NCBI GenBank assembly: GCA_903889905.1
Contig: CAISZI010000058.1
Location: forward strand, 6,160-70,159
Direction: 5' to 3'
Length of the DNA stretch: 64,000 bases
From: Candidatus Wirthbacteria bacterium
GTDB taxonomy: Bacteria; Patescibacteriota; CG2-30-54-11
Positions within the stretch are counted from its first letter, which is position 1. The number at the start of each line of letters is the position of its first letter. Made by a program: the position numbers and the translations under genes. Under the pieces are notes generated by a model. It was not told the origin of the DNA, did not search any database, and saw only the letters and a list, made by a program, of their open reading frames with translations. Shown here one piece after another: positions 29,769 to 39,690 of the stretch.

Positions 29769-31133
29769 TTACTTGTCGTCTGATTCCCACTTCAAGCGGT
29801 CAGGGTCATCGAATGCCGTTGATTTCCGGTCACCTGGTTGAGGTTCAGACTGCGTGCCAGTCGCAGGCTCCGTTTTGTCTGATTTACCACCAAAGCCACG
29901 CCGGATGCGTTGAATACTGGATCTGAGGCGACTGCGACGTTCGGCACGTTTTTTCTTTTTCTCCAAACGTTTACGAACTTCATCGGCAACTTTGCGTTGC
30001 TCAACTTCCTGTGTTTTTTCGTATTTGCGAATCAGTCTGCGGTTATATAATTTGAGGAAAAACCGAATCAGCATGGTCAGGATCAGAATGCCCCCCACAA
30101 TACCCAAAATCAGTTTCCAGGGAATGACCCAGAAATAGGTGGAAGCCACCAATTGGCGTTCCTGCTGGTTGGCGTCGTCATAGACAACAATCGCTTTGGC
30201 GCTATAACGCCCAAGGCGAAAGATATTCCAGTTTTTCCAGTTGATTTGTAACTGCGTTTTTTTCTGACCCTTCGCATCCGTCTGGGCCACACCGTTGGCA
30301 TCCACCAAAACCATACTCGTAATAAACGAATCCATCCAGTAGGATTGGTATTTGCGGATACTGCCCGGCAGGACAACACCTGCCTGTTCATTCATGTTGA
30401 AATTGCCAACGTTTTTGTCTTGCCAGTCATAGACAAAAATTGTCCCCGAAGGGGCAAAGTGAACGTTACCGGAATTTTGCATACGGACATAAAAATCCAC
30501 TGGCAGATATTCGTAAAGCTTTTTGCCTGTATAGAATTCCAGAATATTGCCTTCTACTTTGACATCACCCGAAACCGTAACCAGAATCAAACTGCCAAGT
30601 TGCCCCTGAAATCCCAGCGTCGTCGTGCCTGTAGTCGAACTGCCCTGCACCACATAAAAAATGCCGTAGTGTCCACCGGGCTCGGCATCGGATGGAACAT
30701 TGATCACATATTCAATATTGATGGAACCATTGGGTTCAATATCGTGCGGAGTTTTGTCAAACTCCATCCATTCTGCCAAATGATAACGGTAGGAATTGTC
30801 CATGGTATCCAGAATTTTGGGGTCGCCATTTTCCTGGTCATTGGCGGTAAAATTTTTGGTCGCCGGCGCTACCCCTTTGATGCCAATCTCCCCGTCGTTG
30901 CGGACTTTGATGGATCCGCGAATCTTCTGCCCGGGACTCGCGAAGTACTCTTTTTTGTTAGGGATAATAATCAGGTCAAATGGAGACTGGGCACTCGCCA
31001 GCTGCGGGAATGCCGCCAGCACAAACCCAAAACAACATGCAGCGGAAATCAGCGACAATAAAAACAGCGCCGCTCGTGTCTGTGGCTTTCCGGAGGTGAT
31101 TTGTTCTTTCATTTTTGTCCAGTTTGAAATCAT
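29769..31133 (-). CDS. DUF916/WxL-interacting-like secreted protein with C-terminal TM (paralog)
   Basis: INVPSDAEPGGHYG, MQNSGNVHFAPSG, VLPGSIRK, FWVIPWK plus TM and basic tail. Confidence 0.75.
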   Translation of the reverse strand: MISNWTKMKEQITSGKPQTRAALFLLSLISAACCFGFVLAAFPQLASAQSPFDLIIIPNKKEYFASPGQKIRGSIKVRNDGEIGIKGVAPATKNFTANDQENGDPKILDTMDNSYRYHLAEWMEFDKTPHDIEPNGSINIEYVINVPSDAEPGGHYGIFYVVQGSSTTGTTTLGFQGQLGSLILVTVSGDVKVEGNILEFYTGKKLYEYLPVDFYVRMQNSGNVHFAPSGTIFVYDWQDKNVGNFNMNEQAGVVLPGSIRKYQSYWMDSFITSMVLVDANGVAQTDAKGQKKTQLQINWKNWNIFRLGRYSAKAIVVYDDANQQERQLVASTYFWVIPWKLILGIVGGILILTMLIRFFLKLYNRRLIRKYEKTQEVEQRKVADEVRKRLEKKKKRAERRSRLRSSIQRIRRGFGGKSDKTEPATGTQSEPQPGDRKSTAFDDPDRLKWESDDK

Positions 31134-31197
31134 AACGTGTCAAATTTAGCACTAAGACTGGGCAAAGTCTACCTATTATTTTATCACCAAAACAAAA

Positions 31198-31227
31198 TCC
31201 CCCCGGCCATATTTCTGGCCGGGGGGA
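31198..31227 (-). terminator. Rho-independent terminator after the 1642-aa gene
   Basis: CCCCCCGGCCA/TGGCCGGGGGG stem followed by a U-rich tract on the minus strand. Confidence 0.75.
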
Positions 31228-31254
31228 CTTGTGACTGAGATCGAAACTTCAATC

Positions 31255-34200
31255 CTAATACTGGGCGCTTAACATCAGGTCGAGTGTATCCTGGTAGTTG
31301 CCAGAGGTCTGGTCAGCATTGATACGGATCATGTATTCGAGCGAGATGTTGTCACGAGCAGTAGAGACGTCATCACGAGCCAGGGTCTGGAACTGAGTGG
31401 ACAAAGGACCGGGGTCTTTGTTGTTGGGCTCGCCACCCTGGAAGGATGGAGCGACGAGGGTTGCGCCATTGACACCACCTGCGGTGTTACCGGCATTGCC
31501 CCAACGGGTACTTTGGCTGTAGGCATAGATACCGAAGCCCAAGTCAGAGGTATCTACCCAAGCGCGGAAGGGACTCGTATTATCAACAGTTTCGTCACGG
31601 ATCTGCAGGGTATAGCCATCCGCAGCGTTGGTATTGATCTTGATATTGTGGCCGCGGAAGTCGCTGACGCCTGAGAGGTCTGTCTGATAACCAGCTGGAT
31701 CAATTCTCCAGGTGGTCTGGTTGTCTTTGAAGAAGTAGGAATTGACGCCAGGGGTCACGCTGGTTGTAATGTCAGTGTTGCCAATGGTATCGGTATGGTC
31801 GGTAATCGTGAATTGGGTATCCAAACCTTCAGCGGTGGACAATACCCACAATGTCGAGTTGGAAGCGCGGTCGATATTGGCGCGAACGTTTACGTCAGTA
31901 GAGTTGATGGCACGATACAGGTTCGTCAGCAGTTTGGCAGCACGTTGATCCTGTGTGGTACCCGTGATGGAGGCGTAAACGTTGTTGGAAGCAAGCGCGG
32001 CATCAGCAGCAACACGTTTGAAGTAGTAGTTGACGCCACGGATGGTGACATAGTCGCCGGTAGCAGGAATACAAGCTTCATTGGCACCTGGGCCGCAGTT
32101 CATCTTGATGGTGATTTTGCCGTATTCGGTTTTGGCACCACCCAGGCGATAGAAAGCGTTAGGTTCGAGTGCCCCGAAGTCGACGCCGAGTGTGTCACGG
32201 TCACCTTCAACCTTGGAGAAGGCAAGACCGCCGTTGATTTCGATTGCGAGGTTGGGGTCGACACCGGCCGAAACCGTGATCTGGTCGTTATCAACGATGT
32301 AGACGGAGGTATAAGCCGTATCAAGCTGTTTGACGGTTGAACTGATATCCGAATCATTGACAACGGTAACCGTTGTTGCAGTGTAATCAGCGAGATAACC
32401 CAGGGTAAAGGCAGCGGTGGAATCAGTCCAGGTCCAGTAGAAGGTAGGACGGTCACCCGCTGCGGCAGTCGCAGCAATTTCAAATTTACCTGATGTCGGA
32501 GTGTCATAGGCCACCGCGTAGTTCGCGGCCGGGGCAGTTTTGGGGAATTTGGCCAGCTTGAGTTCAGCCGTCAATTGGGTGGCAACGTTAGCACCAGACG
32601 TTGCAGTGTTACTCACAATGCCACCAGCTGAATCACCGATCATGTCAAGCAGATAGGTACCAGCAACAATATCTGAAGTCCAGAGACCATTGGTGTACAA
32701 ATCATGCTTGTTTTCGGTAACGCCTAAGGTGCGAGCAGCTGTGGAGTTGGCGGCATCAGCAAAGTTGATGCCGGCGTCAGCAGTACCCGTTGCTTTGGCT
32801 ATTGTGAATTTGTTCGTAGTTGCATTATAAGCGACATTATATGTGTCCGCAGCTGCGGTTGGAGAAGCACTAAACATCCAGCGGGCGCCCTTGGTATGAG
32901 CGACACCTACACCCAATGCAATGTTAATGTTATTGCTCAATGGTTGAGCTGCACCCGAAATCACTGTGCCAGGATACTGCCAGGTAGTACCACCGTCAAT
33001 GGACCAGTGGAAGGTTCCAGGCGTACCAGTGCCATCAATTTCAACCAGGTATTTAATGGTGGTTGTACCGGTGTAAGTGTTCGAAGGGCCCGGTGTAGTG
33101 ATAGTAAGGCCAGCCACGCCGCCCGAACCAGTCCCTGTGAACGTTTTGGTAATAGTACCGCCGGTTGAAATAGTTTCTGTGTCATTGCAATTACTTAATG
33201 CAGTTGCAATGCCTGTTGCTGCTGCAGCACCAGCCAGCTCCGTCCCATTCACAATGCCACCACCACTATTGCTGACCAGGTCGCAGTTGGCATACGTACC
33301 GTCACCATTTAAGTCAACTGAGAGCAGGGCATTGATTTGTCCAGGTTGATCCGTAGTTGTACCTGTAACGGCATCATTGTTGGGTACAACATGGTCCGAG
33401 GTAAAGCCCAGATATGCGGCTGCCGTTGACGCTGTATCGCTGCTACCTGTGGCAATGAATGTGGCCGTGCCCCCAGCGTTGGTATCTTTGATCGTAAACA
33501 AGTTAGTGGTTGCGCTATAGGTAACGGTATAGGTATTTACACCAATGGCATTAAAAGTTGTTTGCAATGACGTAGCAACTGCCGCGCCAGTAATGAATGT
33601 ACCGGAGACAATGCCATTAGCGATAATGTTGAGACTTGTGTCGGCAGGGCCAACACCAGCCAATTTGTAACGTAAGGTATCATTGATGCCCGTCACGAAT
33701 TTGAATTGATCGTTAAAGACGAAGCGGCCAGCACCATTGGGGTTCCAGACAATACCAGAGTTACTGCCGACAGAGAAATCCCAGTAGTCACCGATCGTCC
33801 CGGTAAATGTCCAGCGGTCACCCACCTGATGAAGGGTTGTCGTTGTGTTAAAAGTAATTTTAACGCCTTCAGACAGAGGCAATTCATTCGTACTCAGAAT
33901 TGGTTGAGCCTGCTGAACCCAGGTGGTCCCACCGTCTTTGGACCAGCGGTAATTGTCGTAAGCAGTACCATTCTGTCCGCCGACGCCAGCAACACCACCG
34001 GAAAGGGATTCAATTTCAACACGGTAGTTGTTATTGGATGTACCCAAATAGGTACCAGAGGTGGTCAGGGTACCGGTGCCTGTTATTACGGGGGTTGAAG
34101 CGCTGATCGTTGGCCCAGCGTGTCCTGTCGTCGCGGCAAAAGTCACCGTGATGCCATTGGAAAGTTTCTGGGCGGCGCCCGTCATGGGCACATAATTGGC

Positions 34201-36183
34201 ATTCCAGTTGACACCAGCATCATCAGACCAGCGGATAGTATCAGTCGTACCAGCACTGTCAACTTGTACACGATAATTCATATTGGTTGCGTTGGTCGCG
34301 GTAGCACTCGTTGTGATGTCGCTCAAACCAGCACCTGTATGCACGGGAGAGGTTGGCGCTGAACGGGCAAAAGTCAGTTGTGAAGAAGAAAACGTTCCTG
34401 CAGCAATCTGGTACATGCCGGTCGTGGCAGGATTATAAATTTGTTGTTTACCGGTCTGAAGAGGAGAAGTTCCTTCATTGGTATTGCGGCCAATTTTGAC
34501 CTGCACATATTGTCCAGCGGCGATGCCAGTAGCATCCAGGTGAAAAAGGATGGAGTTGGCAGGAGTGGGATTGTGGGGATTGCAATACACGTTGACACCG
34601 TCAACACCGCTTAGGGTACGCAGAGTAAGGGTGTTGAAAGTGCCGTCTGTGCTGACAGCAAAGTCAACGTCTGTGAAAACCAAGTCGGTAGGAATCACAA
34701 ATCCGCTTGGGAATGTGATGACAACCTGACCAAAAGCGGGCACGGCCTGGGCGGTTTTGAAGCTAAGGGTATGGTCAGCAGCCACTAGCACGGCAGTTGT
34801 ACGTCCGTCTTTGGGTACGTTGTTGACCATGTCGATCGTGGGCAAGAAGTCCTGACCAGGAAAAGATGCCATGTGAACATAGGATTCTGTACCCGTTACA
34901 CCGCTGGAAACAACGGTGAACTTATTGGCACTACCCAAACCAAGTGATGTGACCGCGACATTGGCAGCGTTGTAGTCAACAGAAGCAGTTGCCGGATTGG
35001 TAGGAATATAACCTGCCCACAGGGACGAGATGTTTCTTTCGAGCATGCCATCAAGTCCGGGAGGAGTGGCGTTCCAAGCTCCGTGACCGATATAGTTACC
35101 AGCTGTAACCGTAATGGTTTCCGAACCGTTGGAGCTCTGTCCATCAAGGTCAAGGGTAAATTTATCATTGACACCCGTAATGATCGTGAACTGGGTTTCG
35201 TTGGGGCTGATGGCAGCCGTCGAGCGAACCGCGACAGTGTTAGCGGCGATGAAACCAAGCGTCGAAGTAGCCGTGCTGGTTGCGTCAGCCCAATAGATCG
35301 TGGGATTAATGGCGTTACCACCATCACCACGGATATTGAAGCGGTTGATATAGTCACCTGGTTCAGCAGAAGTGACGCCCGTTCCGTTGTTGGGCACATC
35401 TAAAGTAGAGGTAAAACCCAAATACAGGGCAGCGGTAGATAACGCGTCACCACTACCTGCAATATCAATACCGTTGACCCATAAGTTTTTGACAATCTTA
35501 AATTTCTGTGTTGCAGGGATGTAACTAACGGTATAAGTTTCACCACCGGCGTCCTTGGCAATCAAGGCCGTCTGGAGAGCAGCGGCAACATTCTGACCCG
35601 TGTAAGCAACGTGTGCCGTGAGGCCACCATCAGTGATCAGGCTTAAGGAAGCGTTCGCACCCGCTAAAGCGGCTGTATTGTAACGGAGGGTGTCATTGAC
35701 GCCCAGGGAAAACACATAGCTGTTGGTAGCAGAGTCAGCATAGGAGACCGTATAGGAATCGGACGCATGTCCGCCAATACCAGCTTGCAAAGCGGTTGCG
35801 ACTGCTTTGGCGACGTCCTGGCCCGAATAGGGCAACCCAGAGCTCAGGCCACCATTGGCGTGAGGCAAACCGCCATGCAATGCAGTGGTCAAATAGACAA
35901 TCGAATCACCACCTGTGGTGCAGTTCCCCGGAGTATGTGCACCAACGCCATCGTTGACGCAAATCTGGTCGTGCGCGTTATCGAATACGAATTTGGAACG
36001 GATCGGCGCATTACTTTCTGCATACCCGTTGGTAGCCGAACCAGTACCAGAACGTTTGATACGTGAAAGGCTGTCCTGGAATTCAGTCAGACGCCCATCG
36101 GCGCTACTGATTGACAGTGTCAGGTTGGACAATGTCATGGCGGCAATCACCAGCACCGCGAATTTTCTAAATACTTTTTTCAT
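31255..36183 (-). CDS. Large secreted repeat-rich surface protein with WxL/Csu-like C-terminal domain
   Basis: Signal peptide, GGAG RBS, Thr/Gly/Ala-rich; three WSxDxGxxW repeats; C-terminal NTNAADGY...SGNYQDTLDLMLSAQY. Confidence 0.8.
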   Translation of the reverse strand: MKKVFRKFAVLVIAAMTLSNLTLSISSADGRLTEFQDSLSRIKRSGTGSATNGYAESNAPIRSKFVFDNAHDQICVNDGVGAHTPGNCTTGGDSIVYLTTALHGGLPHANGGLSSGLPYSGQDVAKAVATALQAGIGGHASDSYTVSYADSATNSYVFSLGVNDTLRYNTAALAGANASLSLITDGGLTAHVAYTGQNVAAALQTALIAKDAGGETYTVSYIPATQKFKIVKNLWVNGIDIAGSGDALSTAALYLGFTSTLDVPNNGTGVTSAEPGDYINRFNIRGDGGNAINPTIYWADATSTATSTLGFIAANTVAVRSTAAISPNETQFTIITGVNDKFTLDLDGQSSNGSETITVTAGNYIGHGAWNATPPGLDGMLERNISSLWAGYIPTNPATASVDYNAANVAVTSLGLGSANKFTVVSSGVTGTESYVHMASFPGQDFLPTIDMVNNVPKDGRTTAVLVAADHTLSFKTAQAVPAFGQVVITFPSGFVIPTDLVFTDVDFAVSTDGTFNTLTLRTLSGVDGVNVYCNPHNPTPANSILFHLDATGIAAGQYVQVKIGRNTNEGTSPLQTGKQQIYNPATTGMYQIAAGTFSSSQLTFARSAPTSPVHTGAGLSDITTSATATNATNMNYRVQVDSAGTTDTIRWSDDAGVNWNANYVPMTGAAQKLSNGITVTFAATTGHAGPTISASTPVITGTGTLTTSGTYLGTSNNNYRVEIESLSGGVAGVGGQNGTAYDNYRWSKDGGTTWVQQAQPILSTNELPLSEGVKITFNTTTTLHQVGDRWTFTGTIGDYWDFSVGSNSGIVWNPNGAGRFVFNDQFKFVTGINDTLRYKLAGVGPADTSLNIIANGIVSGTFITGAAVATSLQTTFNAIGVNTYTVTYSATTNLFTIKDTNAGGTATFIATGSSDTASTAAAYLGFTSDHVVPNNDAVTGTTTDQPGQINALLSVDLNGDGTYANCDLVSNSGGGIVNGTELAGAAAATGIATALSNCNDTETISTGGTITKTFTGTGSGGVAGLTITTPGPSNTYTGTTTIKYLVEIDGTGTPGTFHWSIDGGTTWQYPGTVISGAAQPLSNNINIALGVGVAHTKGARWMFSASPTAAADTYNVAYNATTNKFTIAKATGTADAGINFADAANSTAARTLGVTENKHDLYTNGLWTSDIVAGTYLLDMIGDSAGGIVSNTATSGANVATQLTAELKLAKFPKTAPAANYAVAYDTPTSGKFEIAATAAAGDRPTFYWTWTDSTAAFTLGYLADYTATTVTVVNDSDISSTVKQLDTAYTSVYIVDNDQITVSAGVDPNLAIEINGGLAFSKVEGDRDTLGVDFGALEPNAFYRLGGAKTEYGKITIKMNCGPGANEACIPATGDYVTIRGVNYYFKRVAADAALASNNVYASITGTTQDQRAAKLLTNLYRAINSTDVNVRANIDRASNSTLWVLSTAEGLDTQFTITDHTDTIGNTDITTSVTPGVNSYFFKDNQTTWRIDPAGYQTDLSGVSDFRGHNIKINTNAADGYTLQIRDETVDNTSPFRAWVDTSDLGFGIYAYSQSTRWGNAGNTAGGVNGATLVAPSFQGGEPNNKDPGPLSTQFQTLARDDVSTARDNISLEYMIRINADQTSGNYQDTLDLMLSAQY

Positions 36184-36231
36184 TTTTTGTCTCCTTTTGT
36201 TTTTTTGACTGATTTATGATTTATGTGAAGG

Positions 36232-36402
36232 TTATTTGACAAACCGTTCTTCCCTAAACGACAGTACCCGCTCGACCAGCGGGATAGGGATAAATTGCAA
36301 CTGCGCTTCCCTGGGGCGTAACAACTCTTTGTAGTTCTCGATCAGCCACTGCAATTTGCGTTGCTTTTTTGCTTTGGTATTTGTTTTTTTGGTAGCTGCC
36401 AT
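36232..36402 (-). CDS. Small basic protein (56 aa), absent from the ORF track
   Basis: AGGAG RBS, then MAATKKTNTKAKKQRKLQWLIENYKELLRPREAQLQFIPIPLVERVLSFREERFVK; fills the intergenic gap in operon orientation. Confidence 0.6.
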   Translation of the reverse strand: MAATKKTNTKAKKQRKLQWLIENYKELLRPREAQLQFIPIPLVERVLSFREERFVK

Positions 36403-36519
36403 CGCGGCTCCTGTTTATGACTAATCATTTAATTGTATCGCCCTTCATCTTCTCCGTCAATGCCTATATGGAGGATTTGTGGAGAGCTGGATACACATGG
36501 GTATTCGTTTAATTATACC

Positions 36520-36549
36520 AAAAAAAGCCCCCTTGTGAAGAGGGAGCTT
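36520..36549 (-). terminator. Probable terminator after the LamG protein
   Basis: Minus strand AAGCTCCCTCTTCACAAGGGGGCTTTTTTT. Confidence 0.6.
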
Positions 36550-36598
36550 GAATTATGGTTACTTTCAACCTTTTATGACCTTTGCCCTTGTGACTTAT

Positions 36599-39500
36599 TT
36601 AATACGTTGCAGTCGCAAAATAAGTAATTTGATTTTGATAAAGCCCGGGCAAAAGCGATGGACTTATTTCAATTTTGTACAGCACGTAGGCTTTGTCTTC
36701 AAAAACTGCTGTGCCACTATACATAATTTCCTCAGGCAATGTGCTCAATCCGGCATATTTATTGGCAAATCCCCGGAAGCGCGCCGGGCCGTTGCCAACG
36801 TCGTGCAATGTCACAAAATCAGTGTGGTACCCGATTACCCCACCCGTTGTTGAAGCCCAATATGTCGGAGTGCTGTTGGGGGCACTAAACGGATCGATGG
36901 TATCCTGATTTTGCAGAACAGTTCTCATTGGGCCGTCATGTTCAACGGTAACCATATATCCCTGCCCCACATTGGTGCTGATCGTCAACTTGTGGGCACC
37001 AATTTTGGGAGTATGAATGCTTAATATGCCGAAATCAACGGTATCACTGTCTGTACTGATGTCGGTCGTTTCCTTTTCCAAAAGGCCAGACCCGAGATTG
37101 AGTGTTCCTGCAGGAACACCCTCGATATAAAAATTAAGCGAGGTAATGACCAGCACACTGGTGATCGGGCCCCAAGCCCCTTCATTTCCAACCTTATCGC
37201 GAACTCGTAGCTGAAGATAGTACATTCCTGCCCGCTGAAATCGCAAATCCTGAGTCCAGGTGGTCACGTTACCCAGCCAGCGCTTGGCTATAAAATCATC
37301 ACCATTTACGGAGGTACCGATACGGATATAATATCCGTCCACTCCACTGCGATCATAAACGCCAGCCCATTGCCAGGTCGGGGTGACATCAGTCGTTGCT
37401 TGTGGGCCAATGATCACCGGGCCATCAGGAGCATCGCGGTCGTCATACTGGTAACCATCAAACAGTTGATAATTGGTCGAGGCAAGCGCCGAGCTCGCAA
37501 CCTGTCCCAACGAATCGCAAATCTGATAGCTGGGAGAACTTTTGCATGGACCTGTCGTATTGATCAAGCCGCCATGAATATAGGAATCACTCGCAAGATA
37601 CCAATCTGTGCCCTGGGAGTCAGACGCGGCTCCCTGGAGAGAACCGACAAACAGGTATTCCCGGCCGGCAGAATGAATCGCTGCTACAGCTGTAACATCA
37701 TTGCTGCGCAAAGGCGGGACACTGGCAGTCGTATAATTATTAATATTGCTGTCGGCACTCTGGACATCAATATTGGACTGGGTTACATAATTCCCAACCA
37801 TCCCCAGTTTAATCACGGAAACAGCCCCGCCACCGACATTGTCATTCGTTCCAACCCACATGATTCGTCCATCACGCGTCACATTTAAATCAGCAACTTC
37901 ATTGGTTGTCCCGCTGAGCAGTTTCGGGTACGGGCTGATGCGGGCGGCATTGGATTTGGAATAAATGGCCCAGGCATTCTGCGGTGTTAAGGCAGCGCCC
38001 GTCACCATCAACTCGTCCAACCCGCCATTGAAATACTCGGCGCCGCTGTGATCGCGTCCGATATTGAGCACAGCATTGGTGCCACTGATTGATCCAGAAG
38101 TCACCAGACCTGAGTTGTGGGCGGCTTCAATGCCATTGACATACAACGTCAAGGCTGACCCCGGCGCCCAAACCAGAGCAAATTGAGTCCAGTTATTATT
38201 ATCGACCGAACTGATGGATTGGACGGTATCCCAGTTTGATCCGTCATCTGAGACACGGCCGCCCAGCTTCCCGGCAGTATCGATATAGAGCTGGTAACCA
38301 ATTCTAATGCCGTCTGTCCGGTCAATTATTTTGACCTGGCCACCGGCAGTTGATCCCTGTTTAAACCAACCAGTAATCGAAAAACAACCTGTTCCGAAAT
38401 CAAAATTGGCATTGTAATTTTGCGACAGATATTGTGAGGACGACGAAGTAAATGAAATTCCATATCCGCGGACTCCTGACGCTGACCGGTTAATACCGCT
38501 GTTCACACTTAAATTATTGCCCTTGCCACTTTTATCAAGAAAATTTCCAGCTGCTTCTTCAAATGTCCACGTCCCCCTGACACTTCCAGGCATCTCTTCG
38601 GTGATATAATCTTTGGTGAAATACTTGACTGAACCTGTATTTTCACTACCAATCGGGCCTTCATTGATCACGGCTACCCCTTTGCTGCTGCCAACGTAAA
38701 TCGTATTGCGTGCAGGACCAATGGTACTGGTATTGACGGTTGCCTTGAGCGGATAGACAGTCGCATTGACGTTTTCCTGCAAGGCCGGCAAGGAAGAAGT
38801 AGAATATTTTGCCGCCGGTGTGCCTTGGTCGCTGCTATCACCCTGAATATTGTAAAAAACATCAATTTCACCCGTTGTCTGATTACTGAAATACAGGGAT
38901 CCGTCACTGTTCAATGCCACTTTGTTGATATTGTCGCTAGATGAGGCGGAATAATAATTGTGAACCTGATCCGTTGCTTCATTGATCACACTCACACCTG
39001 TCGCAGTGGCCAGTGCAAGATAATTCAAACCGGCGATCGTCGCGATACTGACGTCATGCACGTCGTTGCTGGCAATCTGTGAGACAGCCTCCGGGGTCCA
39101 GCTTGCGTTGCGATTACGCCCTTCGATGGCGGTCTTGGAGGAAAATTTATTCACCGTGCTGTAGTAAAATGCCTTGTCCAGAACAAAATCCAAGACGGTG
39201 AGTCTTGATGTGGAAGTGACGAAAATCTTGCCATCATGCGCGACAACTCCCGTGATTGTGCTGCTGTCCAGCATATTGTTGGCCGCTTTGTTAAAACGCA
39301 TCCAGAACATATGGCTTTCGGCATTAATAATGTCCAGGCTGGCATCGGTCACGACCAAGTAGGCATAACGCGGGAAATCGGTTTCTTTGCCACGTGTACA
39401 GGGTTGGGCACACGTTTCGCCAAACCAGCTGGTCTTCTGTGCATGCAAATCCTTGCGCCAGGCTCCCTGATCGGCATCAAGATCGGCATTATAAACATAA

Positions 39501-39646
39501 GCATGGCGTACGTTATTATCCCCCAATGTATAATTCCCTTGACTGTCGGGAAGTGAGGTATCATAGGTAAAAGCCTCTGCATTTGTTAAGGGAAGCAGAG
39601 TGAATAGAAGAAAAACACAAGCAAAGTAATAAATTTTGTTACGCAC
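36599..39646 (-). CDS. Secreted protein with propeller-like region, LamG domain and WxL/Csu-like C-terminal domain
   Basis: Signal peptide; WTFEE..DKSG, FSITGWFK, LYVNG, YFNGGLDE (LamG); C-terminal STNVGQGY...PGLYQNQITYFATATY. Confidence 0.8.
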   Translation of the reverse strand: MRNKIYYFACVFLLFTLLPLTNAEAFTYDTSLPDSQGNYTLGDNNVRHAYVYNADLDADQGAWRKDLHAQKTSWFGETCAQPCTRGKETDFPRYAYLVVTDASLDIINAESHMFWMRFNKAANNMLDSSTITGVVAHDGKIFVTSTSRLTVLDFVLDKAFYYSTVNKFSSKTAIEGRNRNASWTPEAVSQIASNDVHDVSIATIAGLNYLALATATGVSVINEATDQVHNYYSASSSDNINKVALNSDGSLYFSNQTTGEIDVFYNIQGDSSDQGTPAAKYSTSSLPALQENVNATVYPLKATVNTSTIGPARNTIYVGSSKGVAVINEGPIGSENTGSVKYFTKDYITEEMPGSVRGTWTFEEAAGNFLDKSGKGNNLSVNSGINRSASGVRGYGISFTSSSSQYLSQNYNANFDFGTGCFSITGWFKQGSTAGGQVKIIDRTDGIRIGYQLYIDTAGKLGGRVSDDGSNWDTVQSISSVDNNNWTQFALVWAPGSALTLYVNGIEAAHNSGLVTSGSISGTNAVLNIGRDHSGAEYFNGGLDELMVTGAALTPQNAWAIYSKSNAARISPYPKLLSGTTNEVADLNVTRDGRIMWVGTNDNVGGGAVSVIKLGMVGNYVTQSNIDVQSADSNINNYTTASVPPLRSNDVTAVAAIHSAGREYLFVGSLQGAASDSQGTDWYLASDSYIHGGLINTTGPCKSSPSYQICDSLGQVASSALASTNYQLFDGYQYDDRDAPDGPVIIGPQATTDVTPTWQWAGVYDRSGVDGYYIRIGTSVNGDDFIAKRWLGNVTTWTQDLRFQRAGMYYLQLRVRDKVGNEGAWGPITSVLVITSLNFYIEGVPAGTLNLGSGLLEKETTDISTDSDTVDFGILSIHTPKIGAHKLTISTNVGQGYMVTVEHDGPMRTVLQNQDTIDPFSAPNSTPTYWASTTGGVIGYHTDFVTLHDVGNGPARFRGFANKYAGLSTLPEEIMYSGTAVFEDKAYVLYKIEISPSLLPGLYQNQITYFATATY

Positions 39647-39690
39647 GATAGGTGAAACTTTGCTGAAAAATTAAAGGCACGTCGAATATT

